Assembly (NCBI GenBank): GCA_963716255.1
Contig: OY970303.1
Coordinates: forward strand, 8,096,001-8,160,000
DNA length: 64,000 nucleotides
Direction of reading: 5' to 3'
Source: an uncultured Gemmatimonadales bacterium
Lineage (GTDB): Bacteria > Gemmatimonadota > Gemmatimonadetes > Longimicrobiales > Longimicrobiaceae
The notes beneath the pieces were generated by a model. That model was not told the DNA's origin. It worked only from the letters and a program-made list of their open reading frames with translations, and ran no database searches. This document shows, one piece after another, positions 13,381 to 23,626 of the stretch. A program made the position numbers and the translations under genes. Within the stretch, counting starts at the first letter, position 1. Each line of letters begins with the position of its first letter.

Positions 13381-14384
13381 GCACAAGCGTCATGGACGCA
13401 GCGGCGGACGGCGGCGCGCTCTCGGTGGCCGAGACGCTGGAGCGCGCGCGGCGGGTGATCCGCATGGAGGCGGAGGCGGTGGCGGCGCTGGAGGGGCGCA
13501 TCGGCGACGCCTTCGCCGGGGCGGTGGAGGCGATCCTCGCCTCGTCCGGGCGGGTGATCGTCTCCGGGATCGGCAAGTCGGGGATCGTGGGGCGCAAGAT
13601 CGCGGCGACGCTCACCTCCACCGGCACGCAGGCCGTCTTCCTCCACCCGGTGGAGGCGCTGCACGGCGACCTGGGAATGGTGGGGAGCGACGACGTGGCG
13701 ATCCTGCTTTCCAAGAGCGGCGAGTCCGAGGAGCTCCACGGACTGCTGGAGTTCCTGGGGCGCAGCGGGGTACGGGTGGTGGCGATGACCGGCCGGGCGG
13801 GCTCGTCGCTGGCCCGGCACGCGGAGTGGGTGCTGGACTGCTCGGTGGCGGAGGAGGCCTGCCCGCACGACCTGGCGCCCACCTGCTCCACCACCGCCGC
13901 GCTCGCCATGGGAGACGCGCTCGCGGTGGCGCTGCTGCTGCGCCGGGGCTTCGGGCGGGACGACTTCGCGCGGCTGCACCCCGGCGGCTCGCTGGGGAAG
14001 AAGCTGCTGCTGCGGGTGCGCGACGTGATGGTGGCGCACGACCTCCCGCTCCTCCGGGCGGACGCCACCATGCGGGAGTGCACCGTGCTCCTGGCCGAGA
14101 AGCGCGGCACCGTGGCGGTGGTGGACGCCGCCGGCGGGCTCCTGGGCGTGGTCACCTCCGGCGACCTCACGCGGCTGATGGAGCGCGAGGAACACTTTTT
14201 TACCATCGTCGTATCTGAAGCGATGACACGGAACCCCAGGACCGCAGAGCCCGACGACCTCGCCGCCGCTGCCGTGGGCGTGATGGAGCGCGCCGGCGTC
14301 ATGGCGCTCCCCGTGGTGGCGGAGGACGGGTGCGTCGTCGGCATGGTGCACCTCCACGACCTGATGCGGGCCGGGGCCGTCTGA
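13377..14384 (+). CDS. kdsD: Arabinose-5-phosphate isomerase (KpsF/GutQ; SIS + CBS)
   Basis: GIGKSG, HPVEALHGDLG, EACPHDLAPT, HPGGSLG, C-terminal CBS pair. Confidence 0.95.
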   Translation: MSTSVMDAAADGGALSVAETLERARRVIRMEAEAVAALEGRIGDAFAGAVEAILASSGRVIVSGIGKSGIVGRKIAATLTSTGTQAVFLHPVEALHGDLGMVGSDDVAILLSKSGESEELHGLLEFLGRSGVRVVAMTGRAGSSLARHAEWVLDCSVAEEACPHDLAPTCSTTAALAMGDALAVALLLRRGFGRDDFARLHPGGSLGKKLLLRVRDVMVAHDLPLLRADATMRECTVLLAEKRGTVAVVDAAGGLLGVVTSGDLTRLMEREEHFFTIVVSEAMTRNPRTAEPDDLAAAAVGVMERAGVMALPVVAEDGCVVGMVHLHDLMRAGAV

Positions 14385-14962
14385 TGCCGCGCCTCCTCCG
14401 CTTCCTCCTGGTCCCGGGGCTGGTCCTCCTCGCCGCGTGCGGCAAGGAGGCGGCCGTCCCCACCCAGCAGGACCGGCTGGCGAAGCTGAACGTGGACCAG
14501 GTCATCTACGGCCTGGAGCACGTCATGACCACCGGCGGCGTCCGCAAGGCCAACCTCCACGGCGACACCGCGTACTTCAAGGACGCCGACTCGCGCGTGG
14601 ACCTCAAGGGCGTCAGGCTGGACTTCTTCAACGAGACCACCGGCGCCGGCTCGGGCTCGCTGACCTCCCGGACCGGCAAGTACGACATGCGCACCGGGGC
14701 GATGACCGCCAACGGCAACGCCGTGCTGACCATCCAGGGGGAGAAGGGGCCGCGGGTGATCACCTCCGAAGAGCTCAACTACGACGTGGCCGGCAACCGC
14801 ATCTGGAGCTCCAAGCCCACGGTCATGAAGGAGAACGGAAAGGAAGTGGGGCGGGGGACCAGCTTCGAATCGGACGCCAAGTTCCAGAACCTGACGGTGC
14901 GCAACGCCCAGGGCTCCGGCCCCGCGCCCACCGGCAGCGGCGGCGGACCGGTCCGCTTCTGA
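14384..14962 (+). CDS. lptC: LPS export protein LptC
   Basis: Lipoprotein-like N-terminus (LLAAC), beta-jellyroll-like sequence, position after kdsD. Confidence 0.75.
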   Translation: MPRLLRFLLVPGLVLLAACGKEAAVPTQQDRLAKLNVDQVIYGLEHVMTTGGVRKANLHGDTAYFKDADSRVDLKGVRLDFFNETTGAGSGSLTSRTGKYDMRTGAMTANGNAVLTIQGEKGPRVITSEELNYDVAGNRIWSSKPTVMKENGKEVGRGTSFESDAKFQNLTVRNAQGSGPAPTGSGGGPVRF

Positions 14963-16500
14963 TGAAGCGCCTCCTTCTCGCGATCGCGCTGTTCCTTCCC
15001 TGCGCCCTCCCCACCGGGGCGGCGGCGCAGGCGGGAACGTGCACGCTGGTGGAAAACCGCCTGCTGAACCGGCAGGACATGGGCGGCTTCGCGATCATCG
15101 CGGTCTCGGGGCCGCTGCGCGTGGAGTGCGAGGGGGGAACCACGCTGCGGGCGGACAGCGCCATGGTCTTCGAGGCCTCCAACGAGGTGCAGCTCTTCGG
15201 CCGGGTGGACTACCGCGACCCCACCCGCACGCTGACGTCCAGCTACGCCACGTACTCGTCGGTCACGGGGCGGCTGTACGCCACCGGCAACGTGGTCTTC
15301 ACCGACGTCGCGCGCGGCTCCACGCTGCGTGGCCCGGAGCTTGAGTATTTCCGCGCCATGGCCGGGAGGCCGCAGGCGCAGGTGATCGCGGGGCAGCGCC
15401 CGCACCTGACGGTGGTGCCCACCGGCAACACCCGGAGCCGCGAGCCGCTGCAGATCGACGGCGACCGCGTCACCACGGTGGGCGAGAACTTCTTCTCCGC
15501 CTCCGGCAACGTGGTGATCCACCGGAGCGACCTGGACGCCAGCGCCGCCGAGGCCACCCACGACGGCACGGCCCAGACGCTGAACCTGCGCGGCGACGCC
15601 AGGATCAGCGGCGAGCGCTTCGACCTTTCGGGGGAGACGGTGGACGCCACCCTGCCGCAGAACAAGCTCGAGCGCGTCGTCGCCCGGCGGAATGCCGAGC
15701 TGGCCAGCGAGAAGCTGCGGGTGGACGGGCCCGAGATCCAGCTGTTCTTCGCCGACGACCTGCTCCAGCGCCTGGTGACCCGGCGCCTGGGCGGAGTTCC
15801 CACGACGGGAGCGGGGGCGCCCAGCGGCGCGGCGGCCCGGCCGGCCGGCGGCACCGCGGAGGGCGGCGAGGCGCGGCCCCTGGTGGCCGCCACCGGGCTG
15901 GTGCTGGAGGCCGACTCGGTGGAGGCGATCCTCCCCGGGCAGGTGCTGGAGCGGGTGGTCGCCGTGGGCAAGGCGCACGGGGAAACGGTGGACACCGCCG
16001 GGCAGCCGCCCGCCGCCACCGGCCCGCGCGCCCGCATGGCGAAGCAGCCCCGTCCGGCCGAGCCGGGGATCACCCGCGACCGAGACTGGGTGCTGGGCGA
16101 CACCATCACCGGCTTCTTCGCGCGCAAGGACTCCGCGGCCGTCGCCGTGGCGCGCACCGCCGCCCGCGCCGCCGGCGACACCGCCAGCAGCCCGGAGGAC
16201 GAGGTGGAGCTGGAGCGCGTGGTCGCCAAGGGCGCGGCGCGCTCCTTCTACCGCGTCCGCGAGGAGGGGCAGCAGATCGCCGAGCGCCCCGGGATGAACT
16301 ACCTGGTGGCGCGCGAGATCGAGCTGACGCTGGAGGGCGGCGAGCTGGACGTGGCGGACGCCCGCGGGCTGCAGCGCGGCGTCTACCTGGACCCCACCCC
16401 GGTGGGCGCCGCCGGCACGCAGCCCGGCGCCGCACAGCCCGGGACGGCGACGCCGCCCGCCGGGACGCCGGCCACGCCCCCGCCGGGGAGGCGCCCGTGA
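14962..16500 (+). CDS. Long OstA/LptA-like periplasmic LPS transport protein
   Basis: Signal peptide; repeated LRADSA / ATGNVV / GDTITGFF OstA-type motifs; lies between lptC and lptB. Confidence 0.7.
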   Translation: MKRLLLAIALFLPCALPTGAAAQAGTCTLVENRLLNRQDMGGFAIIAVSGPLRVECEGGTTLRADSAMVFEASNEVQLFGRVDYRDPTRTLTSSYATYSSVTGRLYATGNVVFTDVARGSTLRGPELEYFRAMAGRPQAQVIAGQRPHLTVVPTGNTRSREPLQIDGDRVTTVGENFFSASGNVVIHRSDLDASAAEATHDGTAQTLNLRGDARISGERFDLSGETVDATLPQNKLERVVARRNAELASEKLRVDGPEIQLFFADDLLQRLVTRRLGGVPTTGAGAPSGAAARPAGGTAEGGEARPLVAATGLVLEADSVEAILPGQVLERVVAVGKAHGETVDTAGQPPAATGPRARMAKQPRPAEPGITRDRDWVLGDTITGFFARKDSAAVAVARTAARAAGDTASSPEDEVELERVVAKGAARSFYRVREEGQQIAERPGMNYLVAREIELTLEGGELDVADARGLQRGVYLDPTPVGAAGTQPGAAQPGTATPPAGTPATPPPGRRP

Positions 16501-17756
16501 GCGGCGAGCCGCGGCTGCTCCCCTTCGTGGAGCAGGCCACCGCCTCCGAGGTGGGCTCGCTGATGGTGCTGAGGGTGCTCCTGGGCGGCGCCGACCCGCG
16601 GGGCGCGCTGCCGTGGGACGCGCTGGCGGAGGAGTTCGCGCGGCTCTACGGCCACGACGGCGACGGAGTCGCCCTCCCCGCCTCCGCGCTGGAAGCGCTG
16701 GCGGGGCGGGGAATCATCGCGCGTCCCGCCGTCTTCGAAGAGGAGTCGGGGCCGGAGGGCCGCTGGAGCGAGGTGCGGCTGAGCCCCCAGGTGCACGGGG
16801 AATTGCTGGAAGCCGAAATGGACGGGGGACTGCCGGAGCTGATCACGCGGATGGACCGGACGATCGGGGAGCACCTGAACGGAAGCGGGGCGCACCCCGC
16901 CGCGCCCGCACCCGCGGAGGAGCCCGCGCTCCCGGGGGAGCCGGCGCCCACCGAGCCCGCGCCCGCCGCCGCGGCGACCTCGCCGCCCGCGGCCGCGGCC
17001 CCCACGCTGCGCGCCTCGGGGCTGGTGAAGAGCTACCGCAAGCGGCGCGTGGTCAACGAGGTGGACGTCCACGTCTCGCAGGGCGAGATCGTGGGGCTGC
17101 TGGGGCCCAACGGGGCGGGGAAGACCACCACCTTCTACATGATGGTGGGGCTGATCTCCCCCGACGCGGGCCGGGTCCACCTGGGCAAGGACGACCTCAC
17201 CCGCACGCCCATGTACCGCCGGGCGCGGCGGGGGATCGGGTACCTGGCGCAGGAGCCCTCCATCTTCCGCAGGCTCACGGTGGAGGAGAACCTCCTCGCC
17301 GTGCTGCAGATGATGGACCTCCCCCGCGCCGAGCAGCGCCGCCGGCTGGAGGAGCTGCTGGACGAGCTGCACATCAAGCACCTGCGCGGCACCCGGGCGT
17401 ACGCGCTCTCCGGCGGAGAGCGGCGGCGCCTGGAGATCACCCGCGCGCTGGTGGGGCGCCCCCGCTTCATGCTCCTGGACGAGCCGTTCGCGGGGGTGGA
17501 CCCCATCGCCGTGCACGACATCCAGCAGATCGTCGCGGACCTGAAGCGCCGGGGCATCGGAGTCCTCATCTCCGACCACAACGTCGAGCAGACGCTGGAC
17601 ATCGTGGACCGCGCCTATATCATGTACGATGGGCGTGTCCGCGTCTCCGGTACGGTATCGGAGCTGGTGTGGAACGAGGAGGTCGCGGAGATCTACCTGG
17701 GTCCCACGCTGACCGCACGAATGAGAGAGCGATACGCCCATCCTGCAAACGGATAA
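16497..17756 (+). CDS. lptB: LPS export ABC ATPase LptB with about 165 aa N-terminal extension
   Basis: [54 protein letters not shown]. Confidence 0.93.
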   Translation: MSGEPRLLPFVEQATASEVGSLMVLRVLLGGADPRGALPWDALAEEFARLYGHDGDGVALPASALEALAGRGIIARPAVFEEESGPEGRWSEVRLSPQVHGELLEAEMDGGLPELITRMDRTIGEHLNGSGAHPAAPAPAEEPALPGEPAPTEPAPAAAATSPPAAAAPTLRASGLVKSYRKRRVVNEVDVHVSQGEIVGLLGPNGAGKTTTFYMMVGLISPDAGRVHLGKDDLTRTPMYRRARRGIGYLAQEPSIFRRLTVEENLLAVLQMMDLPRAEQRRRLEELLDELHIKHLRGTRAYALSGGERRRLEITRALVGRPRFMLLDEPFAGVDPIAVHDIQQIVADLKRRGIGVLISDHNVEQTLDIVDRAYIMYDGRVRVSGTVSELVWNEEVAEIYLGPTLTARMRERYAHPANG

Positions 17757-17762
17757 AGCCGC

Positions 17763-19268
17763 ATGAAGACGGGTCTCTACCAGGGTACTGCCCTCAAGCA
17801 GGAGATGAAGATCAACCCTCGCCTCTACCAGGCGATGGATCTCCTGTACATGCCCCTCCTCGACCTTCAGCAGCACCTCAAGCAGGAGCTCCTCAACAAC
17901 CCCTTCCTGGAGATGATGGAGGGCGAGATCGAGGAGCAGCAGGAGGTGGAGAAGGACAAGGAAAAGGACGACGAGGACGAGATCGACTGGGAGGAGATCC
18001 TCCTCAACGGCTTCGAGGCCGGGGGGCGGCGCGAGGAGTACGAGGACCGGGAGTACTACGAGCCCGTCTCCGTGGCCGAGCGCGACCTGGGGGACCACCT
18101 GCACGACCAGCTCACCCTGCTGCGGCTGTCCCCGCGCGAGCTCCTCCTGGGCGAGGAGATCATCGGGAACATCACCGACGAGGGGTACATGGCGTGCCCG
18201 CTGGACGAGGTGACCACCTCGCTCAACGACTTCCTCAAGGAGAGCGGCGCCGACTGGGCCGACAGCCGCGAGGAGCTGCGCCCGTACGCCCAGGAGGAGG
18301 CGGACAGCATGCTCCGCGTCATCCAGGGCTTCGACCCGCCCGGGATCGGCGCGCGCGACCTGCGCGAGTGCATCCTCCTGCAGCTGCGCGACTCCGCGGT
18401 GCAGGAGATCGTGCGGCGGAGCGGCGGCGGCGAGCCGGACGACGAGGAGGTGCGCGCGCAGCTGGGCGCCAACCTGGCGTTCCGCATCGTGGAGGGGTAC
18501 TTCGACCAGCTCATCAACCACCGCTGGTCCGAGATCTCCAAGGAGCTGTCCATCACCCCGCGCGACGTGCAGGACGCCGCGGACGAGGTGGCCAAGCTCG
18601 ATCCCAAGCCGGGGCTCAAGTACTCCAGCGGCGGCGACAACTACATCGTCCCCGACCTGATCGTGGAGAAGATCGACGGCGAGTACCTGGTCTTCCTCAA
18701 CGACACCAGCCTGCCGCGTCTGAAGCTGTCGCGCACCTACCGCGACATCGCCAAGGACAAGAAGAAGTTCGTGGGCGAGAACAAGGAGTTCATCTCCAAC
18801 AAGCTGAACTCCGCCAACTGGATGATCCAGGCCATCGAGCAGCGCCGCCAGACGATGCTCAAGGTCATGAACTTCATCGTGGACCGGCAGCGCGACTTCT
18901 TCGAGCGGGGCGTGCAGTACCTCAAGCCGCTCACCCTGCGCGAGGTGGCCGAGGTCATCGACATGCACGAGTCCACGGTCTCGCGCGTGACCAACGAGAA
19001 GTTCGTGCAGACGCCGCGCGGCGTGTTCCCGCTCAAGTTCTTTTTCTCGTCCGGCCTTTCCACCACCTCGGGCGAGGACGTGTCCGCGCGCGGCATCAAG
19101 GCGCAGATCGAGAAGCTGGTGGGCGACGAGGACCCGGGGCACCCGCTGACCGACCAGGCCATCGTCAACATCCTCAAGGAAGAGGGGATCCAGATCGCCC
19201 GCCGCACGGTGGCCAAGTACCGGGATCAGCTGGGGATCCTTTCCGCGCGGATGCGGAAGCGGGTGTGA
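17763..19268 (+). CDS. rpoN: RNA polymerase sigma-54 factor
   Basis: HESTVSRVT and RpoN box ARRTVAKYR. Confidence 0.98.
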   Translation: MKTGLYQGTALKQEMKINPRLYQAMDLLYMPLLDLQQHLKQELLNNPFLEMMEGEIEEQQEVEKDKEKDDEDEIDWEEILLNGFEAGGRREEYEDREYYEPVSVAERDLGDHLHDQLTLLRLSPRELLLGEEIIGNITDEGYMACPLDEVTTSLNDFLKESGADWADSREELRPYAQEEADSMLRVIQGFDPPGIGARDLRECILLQLRDSAVQEIVRRSGGGEPDDEEVRAQLGANLAFRIVEGYFDQLINHRWSEISKELSITPRDVQDAADEVAKLDPKPGLKYSSGGDNYIVPDLIVEKIDGEYLVFLNDTSLPRLKLSRTYRDIAKDKKKFVGENKEFISNKLNSANWMIQAIEQRRQTMLKVMNFIVDRQRDFFERGVQYLKPLTLREVAEVIDMHESTVSRVTNEKFVQTPRGVFPLKFFFSSGLSTTSGEDVSARGIKAQIEKLVGDEDPGHPLTDQAIVNILKEEGIQIARRTVAKYRDQLGILSARMRKRV

Positions 19269-19292
19269 GGAATCCCGAACCGGCGAACTGCA

Positions 19293-19430
19293 GGGTTGGG
19301 CGTGCCCCCGGCTGGCGCCGGGGTCGGGCTTCGGCTCCGTAGGGCTGCAAACAACGCAGCCCAACGGAGTCGAGACCCGGCGGAAACAGCCCCGCCGGGT
19401 CTCGCCCCTTCGGGCCGTAATCCCTCACGC
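19293..19430 (+). repeat. Repeat family A, copy 4, followed by a B module and a partial A end to about 19544
   Basis: Central stem GGGCTGC/GCAGCCC. Confidence 0.95.
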
Positions 19431-19620
19431 AACTGCTTGCCCGTTCTCAGGATCCAGCAGTTGCCCCCTCTCCCAGAATTGGGAGAGGGTGGCGAGCCTC
19501 AAGCGAGCCGGGTGAGGGCCCTTCGGGCCGTAATCCCTCACGCGACTGCCGACGCGGCCTCGGTCTTCCCTCCTTCACACGCGCCCCGATCCGGGGCGAC
19601 CTGCTGCGCCTACCCGTCTG

Positions 19621-20631
19621 ATGCAGACCACAGCCATCGTCGAATCCCCCGCGGCCGCCGTGGACCCGTCCTCCGCGGCGGCGCGTCGCGTGCCGGTCGT
19701 CCCCGAGGCGCTGCGGAGCAACTTCACCGTCCTGGTGCCCGCGTTCGACGAGGTGGACAACGTCGCCGCGCTCTTCGCCGAGCTGCGTGCCACCTTCGCG
19801 CGGCACGGGCTGGAGGGCGAGATCGTGCTGGTGGACGACGGGTCCCGCGACGGCACCTACGAGGCGGCGCTGCGCGAGTCGGCGGGGATGCCGCGGGTCA
19901 AGGTGCTCCGCCACCGCCGCAACCGCGGGAAGACCGAGGCCATGGTCACCGGCGCCTTCGCGGCGGGGACCGAGTACCTGGTGCTCTTCGACGCAGATTT
20001 GCAGCACTCCCCCGAGGAGATCCCGCGCTTCCTGGAAAAGCTGGGCGAGGGGTGGGACATCGTCACCGGGCGGAAAATGGGCGCCTACGAGAAGCGCGCC
20101 GTCAGCTCCGTGTACAACCGCCTTTCGCAGACGCTGTTCGACGTGCCGGTGCGCGACCTCAACTCCATGAAGGCGTTCCGCACCGAGATCCTGCGCGAGG
20201 TGCCGCTGCGGCACGACTGGCACCGCTTCTTCGTCGTCCTGGCGCACGCGCAGGGGTACTCGGTGTCCGAGATCGACATCGAGCTGTTCCCGCGGCGCGC
20301 AGGGGTGGCCAAGTACTCCGGGCGCAGCCGCGTGCTGGTGGGCGTGGGCGACCTGCTGGTGGTGTGGTTCTACCTCAAGTTCAGCGAAAAGCCCATGCAG
20401 TTCTTCGGGGGCACGGGGCTGATCCTGATCGCGGTGGGGCTGCTGGTGGGGCTGGTGGCGGTGGGGCTGCGCGTGGTGGGGTGGATGCCGCCCTTCGGGT
20501 ACCGGCCGCTGCTGACGCTGGTGCTGCTGCTGGAGACGGTGGGGTTCATGCTCTTCGGCTTCGGGTTCATGGCGGAGCTCATCGCCACGCTCCGCTCGGA
20601 GGTGGACGGGCTGCGGCGGGGGCGGGAGTAA
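19621..20631 (+). CDS. GT2 glycosyltransferase (ArnC/GtrB-like)
   Basis: VLVPAFDE, VDDGSRDGT, DADLQH, two C-terminal TM helices. Confidence 0.9.
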   Translation: MQTTAIVESPAAAVDPSSAAARRVPVVPEALRSNFTVLVPAFDEVDNVAALFAELRATFARHGLEGEIVLVDDGSRDGTYEAALRESAGMPRVKVLRHRRNRGKTEAMVTGAFAAGTEYLVLFDADLQHSPEEIPRFLEKLGEGWDIVTGRKMGAYEKRAVSSVYNRLSQTLFDVPVRDLNSMKAFRTEILREVPLRHDWHRFFVVLAHAQGYSVSEIDIELFPRRAGVAKYSGRSRVLVGVGDLLVVWFYLKFSEKPMQFFGGTGLILIAVGLLVGLVAVGLRVVGWMPPFGYRPLLTLVLLLETVGFMLFGFGFMAELIATLRSEVDGLRRGRE

Positions 20632-20645
20632 GGGATCCGGACGGC

Positions 20646-20795
20646 GGGATCGGGCGTGCCCCCGGCTGGCGCCGGGGTCGGGCTTCGGCTCCGTAGCACA
20701 CGAAACTACCGTGTGCAACGGAGTCGAGCCCGCGCCCGCACCTCTGAACTGAGGTGCCGCGCGGTCTCGCCCCTCCGGGCCGGAATCCCTCACGC
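20646..20795 (+). repeat. Repeat family A, copy 5 (extra hairpin inserted)
   Basis: Central stem GCACACG/CGTGTGC; insertion GCACCTC-TGAACT-GAGGTGC. Confidence 0.93.
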
Positions 20796-20935
20796 AAGCT
20801 CCGACGTGACCGCAAGATCCGAAAGTTGCCCCCTCTCCCGGGATGGCGCTTCACGCTTCGCGTGAACCGGATGAAGGAGCCGGGTGGCGAGCCTCAAGCG
20901 AGCCGGGTGAGGGCCGCCGTCGGCCGCCATACCAC

Positions 20936-20985
20936 GAACGAGGAAGCCCGCGGGACCGTGACCGGTCCCGCGGGCTTCCTCGTTC
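20936..20985. terminator. Perfect 23-bp hairpin between convergent genes, probable bidirectional terminator
   Basis: GAACGAGGAAGCCCGCGGGACCG-TGAC-CGGTCCCGCGGGCTTCCTCGTTC. Confidence 0.7.
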
Positions 20986-21002
20986 TTCGCTTGCAGAGCA
21001 GA

Positions 21003-21482
21003 CTACTTCTCGTCGACGGACTGCACGAGGGTCTGGAGCTGCTTGATCTTGAGCTTGCGCTCGCCGCGGGGGAGGGAAAGCACCACCGTCTCGCCCACCT
21101 GCTTGCCCATCAGGGCCTGCCCGAGCGGGGAGGCCAGGGAGATCTGGTTGCTGTCCACGTCGATGAAGTCGCCGAAGACCAGCATGTAGGTCTCCTTCTC
21201 CTTGGTGCGCGTGTCCACCACCGTCACCGTGGAGCCGAAGCCCACGCGGTCGGCCGGGACCTGCGACAGGTCGATCTTGGACAGCTCGGCGGCCCGCTTG
21301 GTGAGGTGGTTGAGCCGCGCCTGGACGAACTGCTGCCGCTCCAGCGCCGACTTGTACTCCGAGTTCTCCCGGAGGTCGCCGTGCTCCACGGCCTTCTGGA
21401 TGGCACGGGGGAGCGTCACCTGAAGCTCGTGCGTGAGGCGCTCGATCTCCTCCGCCAGCTTGCTCTTGAGTTCTTCCAGCAT
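21003..21482 (-). CDS. greA: GreA/GreB family transcription elongation factor
   Basis: HGDLRENSEYKSA, VGFGSTV, ISLASPLGQALMGK. Confidence 0.9.
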   Translation of the reverse strand: MLEELKSKLAEEIERLTHELQVTLPRAIQKAVEHGDLRENSEYKSALERQQFVQARLNHLTKRAAELSKIDLSQVPADRVGFGSTVTVVDTRTKEKETYMLVFGDFIDVDSNQISLASPLGQALMGKQVGETVVLSLPRGERKLKIKQLQTLVQSVDEK

Positions 21483-21610
21483 CGCAGGGTATGGGGCAAA
21501 AAGGAACGTGCGCCCGCCAGGGAGGAGGGCGCACCATGTCCGGAGCCTAATGTAACAGCGACCGCCGGGGCCGCGCCAGCCATGCGGAGGCGCGGGCCGC
21601 CGCGGCGGCC

Positions 21611-23257
21611 TCAGCCCGGCAGGCGCACCGGCGCCGGGGCGGGGCGGGGGACCGTGGTGCCGTCGCCCAGCTGCCCGTCCTCGTTGCGTCCCCAGCACAC
21701 GGCCCGGTACGCCGTGGTCACCCCGCAGACGTGGTGCGTCCCCGCGCTCAGCGACTCGAACACGATCCCGGGCACGGCGCCGCCGGCGGCCTGGCCCTCG
21801 TCCCAGCACTGGGCCGCGCCGTCCGTGCCCAGCCCGCAGGCGCTGTAGCCCCCGGCCAGCACGGCGCGGAACGCGGTGCTCCAGCCCACCCGCACGGGGG
21901 TCCCGGGGTCGCGGCCGTAGCTGTAGCCGTAGCCCCAGCAATACCCGGCGCCGTCGGCCGCCACGCCGCAGGTGAGGTGGCTCCCCGCGTCCACCGAAGT
22001 GAACCGCAGGCTGCCCGCGGCCCGCACCGGCGCCGCCTGGTTGGTGAAGGAGCCGTCGCCGAGCTGCGCGTAGTAGTTCCACCCCCAGCAGTAGAGCTGG
22101 CCGCCCGCCGCGATGCCGCACGCGGAGTTGCCCCCCGCGTCCAGCGCGCTGAAGAGCAGCCCGCCGGAGACGGGGACCGGGACGGAGCTGGAGGCGAGCG
22201 AGCCCGTCCCCAGCTGCCCCATGTCGCCCCGGCCCCAGCAGAGGGCGCGCCCCTCGCGCGTGAGCCCGCACGAGTGGTACGCGTTCACGCTGACGCTGGC
22301 GAAGGTGTGCCCCCCGGCCACGGCCACGGGCGCGCTCCGCGGCGCGGTGGTGCCGTCGCCGAGCTGGCCGGCGGCGTTGGCGCCCCAGCAGTACGCGCGC
22401 CCCTCCGGCGTCAGCCCGCAGCTGTGGAAGCCGCCCTGGGCGAACACGGAGGCGAAGCGGAGCCCGCCGGCCACGGGGGAGGGGAGCGTCCGCGGGGTGG
22501 TGCTCCCGTCGCCGAGCTGCCCGGAATCGTTGCGTCCCCAGCAGTACGCCCGCTGCTCCGCCGTCACGGCGCAGCTGTGGAAGTCGCCCGCGCTCACGGA
22601 GACAGCCGCGAGCGCCCCCACCACGTTGATCCTCGCCGTGCGCGTGAACCCGTCCCCCGTGGCCGTGACCGTGGTGGTCCCCGGCGCCCGGCCCGTGACG
22701 ACACCCTGGGCGTCCACGCTCGCGACCGCGGAATTCTGCGAGCTCCACGCGGCCGTGCGTCCGCCGACCTCGTTGCCGAAGCGGTCGACCGCCGTCCACG
22801 CCAGCCGCCGTGTGCCCCCCGGCTCCATGGCGGCCTCGGCGGGATCGAGGCGGACCTCCGTGACGGAGCCCGCCCGCGCGGCGACGGAAAAGGCCACCTC
22901 CGCCGGGCCCGCGGTGGTCAGCGCCGAGGCGGTCACCGTCTGCTCCCCCGCGCGCGTCCCCAGCGTCCACCGGGTGCTCGCCCGCCCGGCGTCGTCGGCG
23001 ACGGCGCGCTGCGGCGCCACCGTCCCCGAGCCCGGCGCCACCCGCCAGTCCACGGCGACGCCCGGGACGCCGCGTCCGCGGGCGTCGGTGATCCTCACCA
23101 CCAGCGCCTGCGCCACCGGCGTGGCGACCTCCGCGGCCGCCGGCCGCGAAGCGGCCGCGAGCCGCACGGGCGCCCCCGGCGGCTCGGCCGCAGAGGGCTG
23201 ATCGCACCCGGCGAGGACCGCCAGGAGCACGACGAGGAGCGGGAAAAGCCTGTGCAT
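21611..23257 (-). CDS. Lipoprotein with Ig-like domains and an RCC1-repeat propeller
   Basis: LAGC lipobox; WSSQNSAVASVDAQGVVTG Ig motif; repeated HSC...AYCWG.N..GQLGDG. Confidence 0.88.
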   Translation of the reverse strand: MHRLFPLLVVLLAVLAGCDQPSAAEPPGAPVRLAAASRPAAAEVATPVAQALVVRITDARGRGVPGVAVDWRVAPGSGTVAPQRAVADDAGRASTRWTLGTRAGEQTVTASALTTAGPAEVAFSVAARAGSVTEVRLDPAEAAMEPGGTRRLAWTAVDRFGNEVGGRTAAWSSQNSAVASVDAQGVVTGRAPGTTTVTATGDGFTRTARINVVGALAAVSVSAGDFHSCAVTAEQRAYCWGRNDSGQLGDGSTTPRTLPSPVAGGLRFASVFAQGGFHSCGLTPEGRAYCWGANAAGQLGDGTTAPRSAPVAVAGGHTFASVSVNAYHSCGLTREGRALCWGRGDMGQLGTGSLASSSVPVPVSGGLLFSALDAGGNSACGIAAGGQLYCWGWNYYAQLGDGSFTNQAAPVRAAGSLRFTSVDAGSHLTCGVAADGAGYCWGYGYSYGRDPGTPVRVGWSTAFRAVLAGGYSACGLGTDGAAQCWDEGQAAGGAVPGIVFESLSAGTHHVCGVTTAYRAVCWGRNEDGQLGDGTTVPRPAPAPVRLPG

Positions 23258-23391
23258 CGCGGGGTGCCAGCCGGGTGAATCGACGTGGACGGGGATGCCC
23301 CGAGGACGACGCCGCCCGCCCCGGCGTCACGCCGGGGCGAGGCGCGAAGCCTCGCTCCCACGTCCGTAGCCGGAGGAGCGCGCCTCCACCC

Positions 23392-23526
23392 GCGTGAGGG
23401 ATGCGCGCCCGGCAGGGCCGAGACCGCGCGGCTGTTTGCGCGGGCTCGGCGGAGTTACGCACGGTCGTATCGTGCGTTACTCCGCGCGCAGCCCGACCCC
23501 CCGGCACGGGGGGTCACGCCCAACCC
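23392..23526 (-). repeat. Repeat family A, divergent copy 6
   Basis: Same ends (GCGTGAGGGAT...AGCCCGACCCC...CACGCCCAACCC); outer stem arms swapped to CGGAG/CTCCG. Confidence 0.85.
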
Positions 23527-23626
23527 CGCAGTTAACAGCCGTAAGACCACGTACCACATGGTGAAATCCGCCCCCGCCCGCTATTCTGTCGTCTCCGGAC
23601 CACCCACGTTCCGACCAGCCAGACCC

